Part shown: in pieces, positions 37,044 through 46,820 of the stretch
How positions within the stretch are numbered: the stretch's first letter is position 1
Layout of the letters: each line of letters opens with the position of its first letter
Assembly (NCBI GenBank): GCA_051252135.1
Contig: JBPOGH010000014.1
Coordinates: forward strand, 1 to 64,000
Reading direction: 5' to 3'
Origin: Verrucomicrobiaceae bacterium
GTDB lineage: Bacteria; Verrucomicrobiota; Verrucomicrobiia; Verrucomicrobiales; Akkermansiaceae
DNA length: 64,000 nt
Program-made: the position numbers and the translations under genes
The notes under the pieces: model-generated
Database searches by the model: none
What the model was told of the DNA's origin: nothing
What the model saw: the letters and a program-made list of their open reading frames with translations, nothing else

Positions 37044-38270
37044 CTACTTTTGTGCGACTTCCTCTCTCGCCACCAACTGATTCACCCGATGCTGAAAGGC
37101 GATCCCGTAGCGATGAAACACGTTCTGGATCCACGCCGCGCCCTCCTTCTTGTCATTGCGCAGCTTGAAATTCTTCACCAACTGCGCTTCGAACCCGGGC
37201 CGGAGCACTTCACTGCGCCCCACCAACACCCGCACCAACTCCTTCGGAGCCGGACTCACTTCCAACGGCAAAATATCCTCCGTCACCCCTTGTGGCACGA
37301 TCCAAAACACTCGCAATCCCGGTTGCTCAAAATAACTATGCCACCACGTTTGAATCATCCCGTGGGATTCCTCGGCCGTCAGCCCGGTGGCCGTCAAACC
37401 CTCATACATTCTTTCATAAACCGGGCGCTTCCAGTCCTTGCCGCCCGTCGTAAATCCCGATTCCGGAACCTCCACCGTGGTCGCAACTCCAAGCCCGCCA
37501 TCGAAGGAATGATACCGGACACTCCGGTCCGGCAACACCTCTTGCACAAACAAGAACGGAATCGCCTCATCCCCGTGATTCTCAATCTGCAGCGTCTCCG
37601 CTCCATCAACCGAAAACGTCACCGGCAATTCAAAATTCCCCACCCCCCGGTAAAACAAATAATCCTCATACTCCTCGCCCACCTTCAACACGTTCGCCTT
37701 CGGATTCCGCGGCCGTAACCAATTCAATGTCTCATCCGCTTTAAAGGTCAGCCCGCGCGACGCGTCCGGCGCCATCACCTCAACATCCCAACGAATCTCA
37801 CCCTGGCGATGCGTGGCGAAATCGATCCCGCCCCCTTCCTCAAACTGCGCATCGGTCAGGGGAGTTTCCAAAAATGGTCCCTCCACCCGAAGCTTCTTGA
37901 TCTTGGGAACACCCTCACCCCCCGATCGCTGGGGAAACCACTGGCTGATCGACCCCCCGTTGAAACCCACCTGCACCGAAGCCTGAAAAGGATGATCGGA
38001 GTAAAAATAGATCACCGGAGTTTCCATCTTGATCTTCACATTGCGGAGCGGCCTGTTGGGAAAGAACCCCTTGCTCATCATCTGGGGTCCCACGTTTCTC
38101 ATCCCTTCAAGCGCATGAACAAATCCCGGGAGCTTTTCCTCCTCCTTCTTAAGTCCGGCAAGAAGCTGACCATCCGATCCGGAGACCGATGTGAATGTGC
38201 CCCACTCATGCAGAGTATAAGCGGAGACCGAGCCCATGAGGGCGGTAGTGATTAAGATTCCTTTTTTCAT
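37044..38270 (-). CDS. Secreted hypothetical protein
   Basis: Signal peptide; motif-like LHEWGTFTSVSGSDG, KMETPVIYFYS, LFYRGVGNF, RVLVGRSE. Confidence 0.8.
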   Translation of the reverse strand: MKKGILITTALMGSVSAYTLHEWGTFTSVSGSDGQLLAGLKKEEEKLPGFVHALEGMRNVGPQMMSKGFFPNRPLRNVKIKMETPVIYFYSDHPFQASVQVGFNGGSISQWFPQRSGGEGVPKIKKLRVEGPFLETPLTDAQFEEGGGIDFATHRQGEIRWDVEVMAPDASRGLTFKADETLNWLRPRNPKANVLKVGEEYEDYLFYRGVGNFELPVTFSVDGAETLQIENHGDEAIPFLFVQEVLPDRSVRYHSFDGGLGVATTVEVPESGFTTGGKDWKRPVYERMYEGLTATGLTAEESHGMIQTWWHSYFEQPGLRVFWIVPQGVTEDILPLEVSPAPKELVRVLVGRSEVLRPGFEAQLVKNFKLRNDKKEGAAWIQNVFHRYGIAFQHRVNQLVAREEVAQK

Positions 38271-38338
38271 AATACGCTGGGCAGCGTATCACGAAAATCC
38301 TCCCTTGTGGGCCGGGGCCGACCTATTTTACCGGCTGT

Positions 38339-39427
38339 TTACAATCCCCCCGTCTGCGCCCGATGGCGCAAAAGGTGATCACACAAGACCAGCGCGGTCA
38401 TCGCCTCCACAATCGGCACCGCCCGCGGCAGCACACACGCATCATGACGCCCACGTCCCTTCAACTCGGTATCCTCTTTCTCTTTCGAGACCGTTGGCTG
38501 CGATGACATGATCGTCGCCGTTGGCTTAAACGCCACCCGGAACAAAATCGGCTCCCCATTGGATATCCCTCCCTGCACCCCGCCGGACCGGTTCGTCTTC
38601 GTCCGCACCGTATCACCCGCCATGTAAAAATGATCATTGTGCTCCGCACCGGTCAACGTCGTCCCCGCAAAACCCGAACCGATCTCAAATCCTTTCGTCG
38701 CCGGAATCGACAACATCCCCTTCGCAAGGTCCGCCTCCAGACGATCAAAAATCGGCTCACCCAACCCCGCCGGGCATCCCCGCACCACCGCCTCAATCGT
38801 TCCCCCCACCGAATTCCCTTCGGATCGAATCTTCTTAATCCGCTCAATCATCGCCTCCGCCGCCTCCGGGTCTCCCGTGCGCACAATGTTGGACTCGATG
38901 ATCGCTGACGTCACCGTAGCAGGATCCACCGAGGCCTCCACATCCTGCACCGTCTTCACCCACGCCAAAATCTCCAGATTCGGGTAAAAGTGCGCCAGCA
39001 CCTTCTTCGCAATCGCCGCCGCCGCCACCCGCCCGATCGTCTCCCGCGCCGAAGAACGTCCGCCCCCCTGCCAGTTCCGTGTCCCATACTTGGCATCATA
39101 CGTGTAATCCGCATGCGACGGACGATACTTCTCCGCCATCTCGGAATACGCCTCCGGCCGGTGATCCTTGTTCCGCACCAATATCGCAATCGGAGACCCC
39201 AGCGTCTTCCCCTCAAACGTCCCCGATAAAATCTCACACTGATCCGCCTCATTCCGCGGCGTCGTCACCTCGGACTGGCCCGGACGCCTCCGGTCCAGAT
39301 CGAATTGAATATCCTCCTCCGTCAATGGAATCAGCGGCGGACAACCGTCAATCACCACCCCAACCCCACCACCGTGGGATTCTCCAAACGTCGAAATACG
39401 AAATAAATGGCCATGCAAACTGGACAT
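38339..39427 (-). CDS. aroC: Chorismate synthase
   Basis: [45 protein letters not shown]. Confidence 0.97.
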   Translation of the reverse strand: MSSLHGHLFRISTFGESHGGGVGVVIDGCPPLIPLTEEDIQFDLDRRRPGQSEVTTPRNEADQCEILSGTFEGKTLGSPIAILVRNKDHRPEAYSEMAEKYRPSHADYTYDAKYGTRNWQGGGRSSARETIGRVAAAAIAKKVLAHFYPNLEILAWVKTVQDVEASVDPATVTSAIIESNIVRTGDPEAAEAMIERIKKIRSEGNSVGGTIEAVVRGCPAGLGEPIFDRLEADLAKGMLSIPATKGFEIGSGFAGTTLTGAEHNDHFYMAGDTVRTKTNRSGGVQGGISNGEPILFRVAFKPTATIMSSQPTVSKEKEDTELKGRGRHDACVLPRAVPIVEAMTALVLCDHLLRHRAQTGGL

Positions 39428-39486
39428 GCGCAGCACCCTAGCAGGGAACCCACCCCGTGCAATGCCCGGTGAGCACGAGATGAAAT

Positions 39487-40872
39487 TTAACCCAGCTTCG
39501 AAACCCGCGCCCCAAACTTCCGCAAACTCGCCATCACCCGCGAGTGCGCCGTTTTTCCCTCCCTCAGCGAGTCATTCTCCACCCCGTAACAAAGCACGAT
39601 CTCAAACATCCCCTTCGCCACTCCCTGATGCAGCAAATCCTCCGCCGACAAACAATGCCGCCCGCTCCGGTGCGATAACTCAAACACAAACGGCCCCACC
39701 CCATGATACGCCCGATAGACCACCTCCGTGCACACCAACCGGTCCGCCTTACTGAAATCGAAAACAAAGTCGTAAAGCTTTCCCTCATGCGTAAACGCCC
39801 GCGCCAACGCCTCCCTTAACACATCCACCCCGGCCAACGGCCTCACCACCACAAACGCATCCACCCCCAAGGTCTCCTCCAACTCCCGGTAAAGAACCCC
39901 GTCCTTCTTCGCCTCCAGCACCCTCACCCCTCCCCCGCTCCGCTCGCAAGCACTCAAGCCCATCGCCTCCCGCTCCTCCGCCTTCCCGATATAAAGTGCC
40001 GCATGCGGCCAATAACCCGGCAAAAACAAATTGCTCAACGCATCATCATGCCGCGTCACAATCACATCACCCGCCTTCAACTTCTCCCCCACCTCCGCCA
40101 ACACCGCCGCACTCACCCGCTTCCCCTGCCCCGGCGCCTTCCTAAAAGGCTGCTTCATCTCCGCCACCACCGATCCCCCCATCCGGAACAAATGAAACAT
40201 CACCTTCGTGTAACCCGAAACATGCCGCCTCACAAAAGAATGAAGCCGGTAGGCAAACCGACGCCTCACAAACGCACTCTTACTCTTCTGAAAAAACGGC
40301 TCCTCCTCGCTCAACCAATTCGCCACCTCATCCATCCCTTCCGCCTCCAACGCCTCCCTGATCCTCACATGGTTCAATTCATAATACCGCCACGACTCAT
40401 GATAGCGCCACATCCACCGCAGCGAACTCAAACTCCGGTAGAGCCGCGTAAACGTCTTCCGCTCCAACCCATACCGCGGCTCCGCCTCATCCAACTTCCG
40501 CCACACCACCGGACGATCCACCGCCAACCCAATCACAAAGTTCGCACTCCGCACCAACATCGCCGCCGCACAAAAACTCACCCCAAAAACACGCATCCGG
40601 TGCTCCTCATCCTCCGCATCCAACTGATCCTTCAATCCCAGCACCATCTCCCACAACGTCCCCCTCACCGCCAGATAACGACAATACACCTCACGAATCC
40701 GCTCATCCTCATCCGGCAAATAATAACCCCGCCCCTGGGCCGCGATCGCATCACTCACCTCCCGCCTCAAATCACACTCGCGCGGCAAAGCCGGATAAAC
40801 CGACTTCAATGTGCGCCACGCATTCTTAATTTCCACCCTCGCATCATCCCTCCGAATCCACCCCACCGTCAA
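39487..40872 (-). CDS. YiiX/YebB-like permuted papain-fold (NlpC/P60) enzyme with helical N-terminal domain
   Basis: [18 protein letters not shown] (His), YDFVFDF..LVCTEVV (Cys). Start uncertain. Confidence 0.85.
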   Translation of the reverse strand: MTVGWIRRDDARVEIKNAWRTLKSVYPALPRECDLRREVSDAIAAQGRGYYLPDEDERIREVYCRYLAVRGTLWEMVLGLKDQLDAEDEEHRMRVFGVSFCAAAMLVRSANFVIGLAVDRPVVWRKLDEAEPRYGLERKTFTRLYRSLSSLRWMWRYHESWRYYELNHVRIREALEAEGMDEVANWLSEEEPFFQKSKSAFVRRRFAYRLHSFVRRHVSGYTKVMFHLFRMGGSVVAEMKQPFRKAPGQGKRVSAAVLAEVGEKLKAGDVIVTRHDDALSNLFLPGYWPHAALYIGKAEEREAMGLSACERSGGGVRVLEAKKDGVLYRELEETLGVDAFVVVRPLAGVDVLREALARAFTHEGKLYDFVFDFSKADRLVCTEVVYRAYHGVGPFVFELSHRSGRHCLSAEDLLHQGVAKGMFEIVLCYGVENDSLREGKTAHSRVMASLRKFGARVSKLG

Positions 40873-41037
40873 CCCTCCGCATTTTCTAACAGAATCTAAC
40901 AGCTTTCATGGCCCGTGAAAGTTTGATTCTCGCGTTCAGCATAAAACCCATACCCCCGTCAACCCCCTAAACTACGGGAAATTTCGACGTTATTTTAACT
41001 TTACAAAATAACCGGGGAGGCGAGAATCTCCTCCGCC

Positions 41038-41313
41038 ATGAATAAAGGAGAACTTATTGAAGCAGTACAGAAAGCCCTCGGAAAAGACGCAACCAAGCGT
41101 GCCGCAGAAGACGCCGTCAGCGCCGTCCTTGACTCCATCGCCAAAGGCGTGAAGAAGGACAAAAAAGTGCAGGTCATCGGATTCGGCACCTTCGAAATCA
41201 AGAAGCGCGCAGCTCGCATGGGTCGCAACCCCAAGACCGGCGAAGCAATGAAGATTTCCGCTTCCAAGTCCGTTGGCTTCAAGCCTTCTTCGACCCTCAA
41301 GAAGTCCCTCTAA
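41038..41313 (+). CDS. hup: DNA-binding protein HU
   Basis: MNKGELIEAV, GFGTFE, RAARMGRNPKTGE, FKPS. Confidence 0.97.
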   Translation: MNKGELIEAVQKALGKDATKRAAEDAVSAVLDSIAKGVKKDKKVQVIGFGTFEIKKRAARMGRNPKTGEAMKISASKSVGFKPSSTLKKSL

Positions 41314-41353
41314 TCCCCCTCGGGACTTAGATAAAGGATCAACTTCCTTCAAT

Positions 41354-41387
41354 GCCCGGTCACTCTCTGAGTGATCGGGCTTTTTTT
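41354..41387 (+). terminator. Rho-independent terminator of the HU gene
   Basis: GCCCGGTCACTC-tct-GAGTGATCGGGC followed by T7. Confidence 0.9.
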
Positions 41388-41472
41388 ATCCCCCCTCCCG
41401 ACGTTCTTCCCTCGATTTCCTCCGCATTGAGGCAATAATACCCCTCAAGGCCAGCATCCTGGCCCCTCTGTC

Positions 41473-42135
41473 ATGCCCTCAAGCACCGTCGAGAACTACC
41501 TCAAGGCCATCTGGAGCCTCCAGCAAAACAACCCCGGAACCCTCGTCCCCATCGGACAAGTTGCTGAGCGCCTGTCGGTTACCCCCGGAACCGCCACCAC
41601 CATGATGAACCACCTCCTCAAACAGGAGCTCGTCGAATACACCCCCCGCAAAGGCGTCAACCTCAACCCCGCCGGACGGGAAGCCGCCCTCCTCGTCCTC
41701 CGCCGCCACCGCCTCGTCGAAAGCTTCCTCGTCGAAATCATGAAACTCGACTGGGCCGAAGTCCATGACGAGGCCGAAGTCCTCGAGCACGTCATCTCCG
41801 ACCGCCTCCTCGCCCGCATGGACGAAATGCTCGGCCACCCCACCCACGACCCCCACGGCGCCCCCATCCCCACCGACGAAGGCACCATCCCCAGCGTCTC
41901 CACCCGCACCCTCGCCGACTGCGACCCCGGCTCCTACACCCTAAAACGCGTCCGCGAAGACCGCCCCGACTTCCTCCAATGGCTCGCAAAATTGGGACTC
42001 AAGCCCGGCGTAGACCTCGAACTCACCGCCCGCGACCCCCACGCCGACACCCTCACCCTCGAACTCTCAAATCACGCCCAACCCGTTCAAATCTCACTTC
42101 CCGCAGCCAAAGCCCTCCTCGTCGCCAGCCTCTGA
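41473..42135 (+). CDS. DtxR/MntR-family metal-dependent transcriptional regulator
   Basis: ENYLKAI, RRHRLVESFL, VHDEAEVLEH, DPHGAPIP; FeoA-like C-terminal domain. Confidence 0.94.
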   Translation: MPSSTVENYLKAIWSLQQNNPGTLVPIGQVAERLSVTPGTATTMMNHLLKQELVEYTPRKGVNLNPAGREAALLVLRRHRLVESFLVEIMKLDWAEVHDEAEVLEHVISDRLLARMDEMLGHPTHDPHGAPIPTDEGTIPSVSTRTLADCDPGSYTLKRVREDRPDFLQWLAKLGLKPGVDLELTARDPHADTLTLELSNHAQPVQISLPAAKALLVASL

Positions 42136-42139
42136 ACCC

Positions 42140-42676
42140 ATGAAATTTCTCCCCCTCCTCCCCCTCCTCCTCCTCGCTTCCTGCAAGGACACCCCGCCCC
42201 CCGAACTCCCCTCCCGGCCCAAGGAACTCCCTCCCGAACAACGCCTCGCCCTCGATGCCACCCTCGCCAGCCAAACCCTCGGACAGGAACTCCATGGCCG
42301 AACCCACTGGCTCGGACCCCATGGATTCAAAGAAGGCCCCCTCGATAAAGCCCCAAAGCTCTACTTCATCTACTTCTCCGCAAGCTGGTGAGGCCCTTGC
42401 CGTCGAAATGCTCCCCAGTTGGTGAGCGACTATCACGAACTCATTCTTAACAATCCCGATGTCGAACTGATCCACCTCAGCGCCGACCAGTCAAAAAAGG
42501 CGGCTGAAGACTGGGCCAAAAAGGAAAACTTCCCCTGGCCCACCGTCCTCTCCACCTCACTCAGCGAATCCCTCGAAGCTCGCGTCGGCCAAACCTTGCC
42601 CGGATATTTTCTCTATTCCGCAGATGGCGAACTCCTCGCCAAAGGAAAAGAGGACGCTTTCAAAAAAATTAGATAA
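42140..42676 (+). CDS. Probable selenoprotein: tryparedoxin/nucleoredoxin-like thioredoxin-fold lipoprotein with UxxC (TGA at 42389-42391)
   Basis: Track ORFs 42140-42391 and 42419-42676 are in frame: ..YFSASW-TGA-GPCRRNAPQLVSDY..ELIHLSAD..FPWP; lipobox LASC; 178 aa by readthrough. Confidence 0.85.
42402..42430 (+). promoter_or_regulatory. Candidate bacterial SECIS element
   Basis: GUCG-(AAAUG)-CUC-C-CC-[AGUU]-GG-U-GAG-CGAC; 25 nt between the UGA and the loop, which contains GU. Confidence 0.6.
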
Positions 42677-42762
42677 GGCCACCACTTGATTTCGGTCTTC
42701 CTACGATCTTTTTCCTTCCACAAGGGGAGTGAAGAAGATTTCCTATTCCCACCTACCTTTCC

Positions 42763-43623
42763 ATGAACACATTCCTTCCTTCCCTCATTTTCGGCCTCCT
42801 GGTCGCCGTGAGCCATGGACAGGTGATTGTCCAACTCCAGCTGGAGCGACCGAGTTACCTCGTCAATGAACCCGTCCGGGGAGTCGTCACCATCACCAAC
42901 CGCGGTGGCTCCGAACTCTTCCTTCATAGCAAGGCCGAGGGCCGCATCACTCGCAGCTGGCTCGAATTTTCCATGCGCCGCAGCGGTGGAAACGCCCTCA
43001 ATCGGCTAAACAATGCCGCCTTTCGCGCCGTCAACCTTCCTGCCGGTCGGGCACTCAAGCGCACCATCAACCTCAGCCAGCTCTACGGACTCACCGGCCA
43101 GGGCAACTACTCCGTCTCGGCCCGCGTCCAGATTGGCGACCAGGTCTTCCACTCAAATAGCGCCCACTTCGCCGTCACCGATGGCACCGTCTACTTCAAG
43201 CAACCCTTCGGAGCCCCGGGCACACCATACCCAAACCGCGAATACCGCCTCATCACCTTCAACGACGGTAAAAAAACCTCCATCTACGCTGCCGTCCATG
43301 ACGCCAAGTCCAAGCGCTCCCTCGCTACCGGGCGCCTCAGCGAAGCCCTCCTCTTCCAACGACCACAAGCCGCCATCGACGGCAAAAACAACATGCACGT
43401 GCTCTACCTCAGCAATCCTGAAGTTTTTGTGCACGCCGTTGTGAACAAAGATGGCCTGCTTGCTGCTTCCAACTATTACAAACGCGGCGCGGCCGGCACC
43501 CCCGGCTTCGTCACCTTCGCCAGCGGTGAAATCAAGGTCCGTGGGGGAATCCCCTACGATCCTAAGGCCGAAGCCGCTGAACAAAATCGCGCTCGTAGAA
43601 TATCAGATCGTCCTGATCGTTAA
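42763..43623 (+). CDS. Secreted hypothetical protein (beta-rich)
   Basis: Signal peptide; 286-aa ORF with host codon usage. Confidence 0.8.
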   Translation: MNTFLPSLIFGLLVAVSHGQVIVQLQLERPSYLVNEPVRGVVTITNRGGSELFLHSKAEGRITRSWLEFSMRRSGGNALNRLNNAAFRAVNLPAGRALKRTINLSQLYGLTGQGNYSVSARVQIGDQVFHSNSAHFAVTDGTVYFKQPFGAPGTPYPNREYRLITFNDGKKTSIYAAVHDAKSKRSLATGRLSEALLFQRPQAAIDGKNNMHVLYLSNPEVFVHAVVNKDGLLAASNYYKRGAAGTPGFVTFASGEIKVRGGIPYDPKAEAAEQNRARRISDRPDR

Positions 43624-43641
43624 TTTAATTGAATAAAAAGT

Positions 43642-43670
43642 TTGCATTAAATTCTAAATTTTTTTAAAAG
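43642..43670 (+). promoter_or_regulatory. Possible sigma70-type promoter of the amidase gene
   Basis: TTGCAT-17 nt-TAAAAG in a very AT-rich spacer. Confidence 0.3.
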
Positions 43671-43695
43671 ATAACCAATCGTTACTAATTCTTCC

Positions 43696-44298
43696 ATGAA
43701 GACACCATTTCAAATCCTGATCCTATCGCTCGCTCTCCTGAGCCCGGCTTTTGCAAAATTTAACACCGTCGTGATCGATGCCGGACACGGCGGACGTGAC
43801 AACGGTGGAAGCTACGGCAAAGTTTACGAGAAATGGCTCGCCCTCGACACCGCGTTCCGCGTCGAGAAAAAGCTCCGCAGCAAAGGTCTCAAAACCGTGA
43901 TGACCCGTCGCAGCGACCAATTCATCTCCCTCTCCGGCCGCGCAAACCTCGGCAATCGCTACGCCAACGCCATCTTCGTCTCCGTTCACTACAACTTCAC
44001 CTGGAAGCGCGATGTCAGTGGCCTCGAGACTTTCTACTGCTCCCCGGCCTCCAAGCCCCTCGCAGTCGCCGTCCAACGCAACATGCTCAAGCAGGTTAAA
44101 TCCGTGGACCGCGGAGCCAAATACGCCCGCTACTTCGTCATCCGCCACTCCAGCAACCCGGCCATCCTCGTCGAAGCAGGATTCGTCTCCAACTCCCTGG
44201 AGCGCGGCCGCTCCAAAGAAGGCTGGTATCGCGAAGCCATCGCCGAAGGAATCGTCGATGGCATCATGGAATACCGCAGAAGCAGCAGCAGCTGGTAA
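43696..44298 (+). CDS. N-acetylmuramoyl-L-alanine amidase (Amidase_3)
   Basis: VVIDAGHGG, YEK, FVSVHYN, PAILVEAGFVSN. Confidence 0.94.
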   Translation: MKTPFQILILSLALLSPAFAKFNTVVIDAGHGGRDNGGSYGKVYEKWLALDTAFRVEKKLRSKGLKTVMTRRSDQFISLSGRANLGNRYANAIFVSVHYNFTWKRDVSGLETFYCSPASKPLAVAVQRNMLKQVKSVDRGAKYARYFVIRHSSNPAILVEAGFVSNSLERGRSKEGWYREAIAEGIVDGIMEYRRSSSSW

Positions 44299-44315
44299 TC
44301 CGATTGCTGATTCAC

Positions 44316-44906
44316 ATGTCTGCCGTCGACTGGGACTCTTGTTACCGCGACGGTGAGACACCTTGGGAAAAAGGGATGGCCCATCCGGCCCTCCCTCTTT
44401 TTTTGTCCAATCACCCGGATCTCTTCCACCCCAAACCCCGCATCTTCCATCCCGGTTGCGGATTCGGGCACGACGCCGCCCTCCTCGCCCCCCATTCCTC
44501 GGAGATCACCGCCCTCGACCTCGCCCGGGCACCCATCGCCAAAGCACGCGAACTCCATCCTGCCCCAAATATCAATTGGCAGATCGGCGACCTCTTCTCG
44601 TGGCCCGAAAAAGAAGCCTACCACTTCGCCTGGGAGCACACCTGCTTCTGCGCCATCCCCACGGACCGCCGGCCGGACTACGCCCGCGCCCTCCACCAAA
44701 TCCTCAAACCCGGCGGACATCTCGCCGGCATCTTTTTTCTCAACCCCGACCACCCCGTCGAAGAAGGCCCCCCCTTCGGCGTCACCCGCAACGAGCTCAA
44801 CAACCACTTCAGCCCCTACTTCGACCTCCTCCTCGACCACCCCGACCCGCCCACCTTCGAAGGCCGGGAAAATCGTGAAACTCTCATGATCTGGTGCAAG
44901 CGCTGA
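44316..44906 (+). CDS. TPMT-family SAM-dependent methyltransferase
   Basis: DW..Y..GETPWE, PGCGFGHD, WEHTCFCAI, LKPGG, GPPFGV. Confidence 0.9.
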   Translation: MSAVDWDSCYRDGETPWEKGMAHPALPLFLSNHPDLFHPKPRIFHPGCGFGHDAALLAPHSSEITALDLARAPIAKARELHPAPNINWQIGDLFSWPEKEAYHFAWEHTCFCAIPTDRRPDYARALHQILKPGGHLAGIFFLNPDHPVEEGPPFGVTRNELNNHFSPYFDLLLDHPDPPTFEGRENRETLMIWCKR

Positions 44907-44973
44907 CCGCCTCACAGAAGCATCGATAAATCCCCTCCTCCCCGGCCGTATAAACCCTTTCCGGAATTTTCCT

Positions 44974-46728
44974 ATGCGCACGCTCATCCTCTTCGCCCTC
45001 ACCCTCCTCGCCCTTCCCGCAGAGCAAATTTCTCCACTCGGCCTCCTCGCCAAACGCCACCCGGACCACCCCGCACTCAAGCTCCGGCTGGATCGTTGCT
45101 CCCCCCTCGAAGCACACGCCCTCATCACCAATCCACACTTCACCGGACCACTCAAAAAATCACAGCGACAAGCGCTCAGCGACTACCGCAACACCCTCGC
45201 CGCCAACCTCCGCGCCTCCCGGCACCCCCGCTTCCCCGCCGCCAAAGGATACCTCCCCCACCCCCTCATCGGCTGGACCGTCTTCATCCATCAGGACCTC
45301 CGGGAGAAACATCCCAAAGAGACAACCCGCGCCCTCCACCTCCTCAAGCACCAGCTCCAGGACATCGTCGACCGCGTCCCCGCCCCCATCGTCCACTACC
45401 TCAAACAGGTCCCGCTCTACTTCTCCCCCTCGGAAAACGGCCATGCCGGAGCCTGCCATCACCCCAGCGCCAACTGGCTCAAAAACAACGGCTTCCCCGT
45501 CGAAATGGCCAAGTCCGTCGAGTTCTCCAACATCCTCAACTTCGAAAAGGAAACCCGCCGCATGCCCAACTTCGCCCTCCACGAACTCGCGCATGCCTAC
45601 CACAACCACATCCTCGGCGATGACCACCCCGCCATCCTCGCCGCCTTTCAAAAAGCCAAAGCCTCCGGCAAATTCACCAACCTCTCCAAGCGCACCGGCG
45701 ATCCCAAAAATCCACTCGGCGTCACCAATGGTCCCACCTACGGCATGACCAACCAAATGGAATACTTCGCCGAAACAACCGAGGCCTACTTCGGCGAAAA
45801 CGACATCACCCCCTACGACCGCGCCTCCCTCATCGAGCTCGACCCCGGCGTCATCCCCGTCCTCGAAAAAGTCTGGCACATCAAAAAAACCACCCACCCC
45901 GTCCTCGCCGCCCATCGCATCCTCGTCCTCGGCGACTCCATCACCGCCTCCCGCCACTACGTCGTTGACCTCCAAACCGCCCTCCATCTCCACGGCCACG
46001 CCCCGGAAATCATCGCCGCCGGCCTCCCCTCGGAAGGTGTCACCGGACTCTCCGAACCCAAACACCCCTTCCCCCGACCCAATGTCCACGAGCGCCTCAC
46101 CCGCGCCCTTCAAAAGGCAAAACCCGATCTCGTCATCGCCTGCTACGGCATGAACGACGGCATCTACCATCCCTTCAGCCTCACCCGCTTCGAAGCCTAC
46201 CAGCGCGGGCTCCAATCCCTCATCGAACAAGTCCGCGCCTCCGGCGCAAAACTCATCCTCGTCACCCCGCCCCCCTTCGATGTCGTCGCACACAAAGAAC
46301 CGCAGGACCTCAACGCCCCCGAATTCCACTGGGAAAAAACCTACCGCCACTACGATCGCGACGTCATTGCACCCTACGCCCGCTGGGTCCTCGCCCAAAA
46401 AAACCAAGTCACCGCCGTCGTCGATGCCCACACCCCCATGGCCGCCCACTACGCCGCCAAACGGATGACCGATAAGAAATACACCCTCTCCGATGACGGC
46501 GTTCACATCAATCGGGAAGGCCACCGCCTACTCGCCGGCATCATCTATCAATCGCTCGGCGGAAAACCCATGCCACCCCTCCCGGAACACCTCCTCCACT
46601 ACTACTCCGCACGCCAAAATATCCTCTCCCCAGCCTGGACCGGCCACATCGGCCACCAACGTCCCGGTATCAAACCCGGCCTCCCTCTCGACGAAGCCAA
46701 AGCCCGCGCCGCCCATGTCCTCCGTTAG
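44974..46728 (+). CDS. Fusion of a zincin metallopeptidase domain and an SGNH/GDSL esterase
   Basis: HELAHAYH...EYFAE, then LGDSIT, YGMNDG, DGVHIN. Confidence 0.87.
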   Translation: MRTLILFALTLLALPAEQISPLGLLAKRHPDHPALKLRLDRCSPLEAHALITNPHFTGPLKKSQRQALSDYRNTLAANLRASRHPRFPAAKGYLPHPLIGWTVFIHQDLREKHPKETTRALHLLKHQLQDIVDRVPAPIVHYLKQVPLYFSPSENGHAGACHHPSANWLKNNGFPVEMAKSVEFSNILNFEKETRRMPNFALHELAHAYHNHILGDDHPAILAAFQKAKASGKFTNLSKRTGDPKNPLGVTNGPTYGMTNQMEYFAETTEAYFGENDITPYDRASLIELDPGVIPVLEKVWHIKKTTHPVLAAHRILVLGDSITASRHYVVDLQTALHLHGHAPEIIAAGLPSEGVTGLSEPKHPFPRPNVHERLTRALQKAKPDLVIACYGMNDGIYHPFSLTRFEAYQRGLQSLIEQVRASGAKLILVTPPPFDVVAHKEPQDLNAPEFHWEKTYRHYDRDVIAPYARWVLAQKNQVTAVVDAHTPMAAHYAAKRMTDKKYTLSDDGVHINREGHRLLAGIIYQSLGGKPMPPLPEHLLHYYSARQNILSPAWTGHIGHQRPGIKPGLPLDEAKARAAHVLR

Positions 46729-46820
46729 CATCATTTTGCACAATACATTTACCCGATCTTGTGTAACATCCGCCCTTCTTGAGCTAGCGGAGCATCGACT
46801 CCCTCACCTTGCGTCCCGAC

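Noticed and set aside
46737..46777. LacI operator (TTGCACAA..TTGTGTAA)
   Set aside because: Imperfect and widely spaced, unlike the compact CG-centred LacI-family palindromes.
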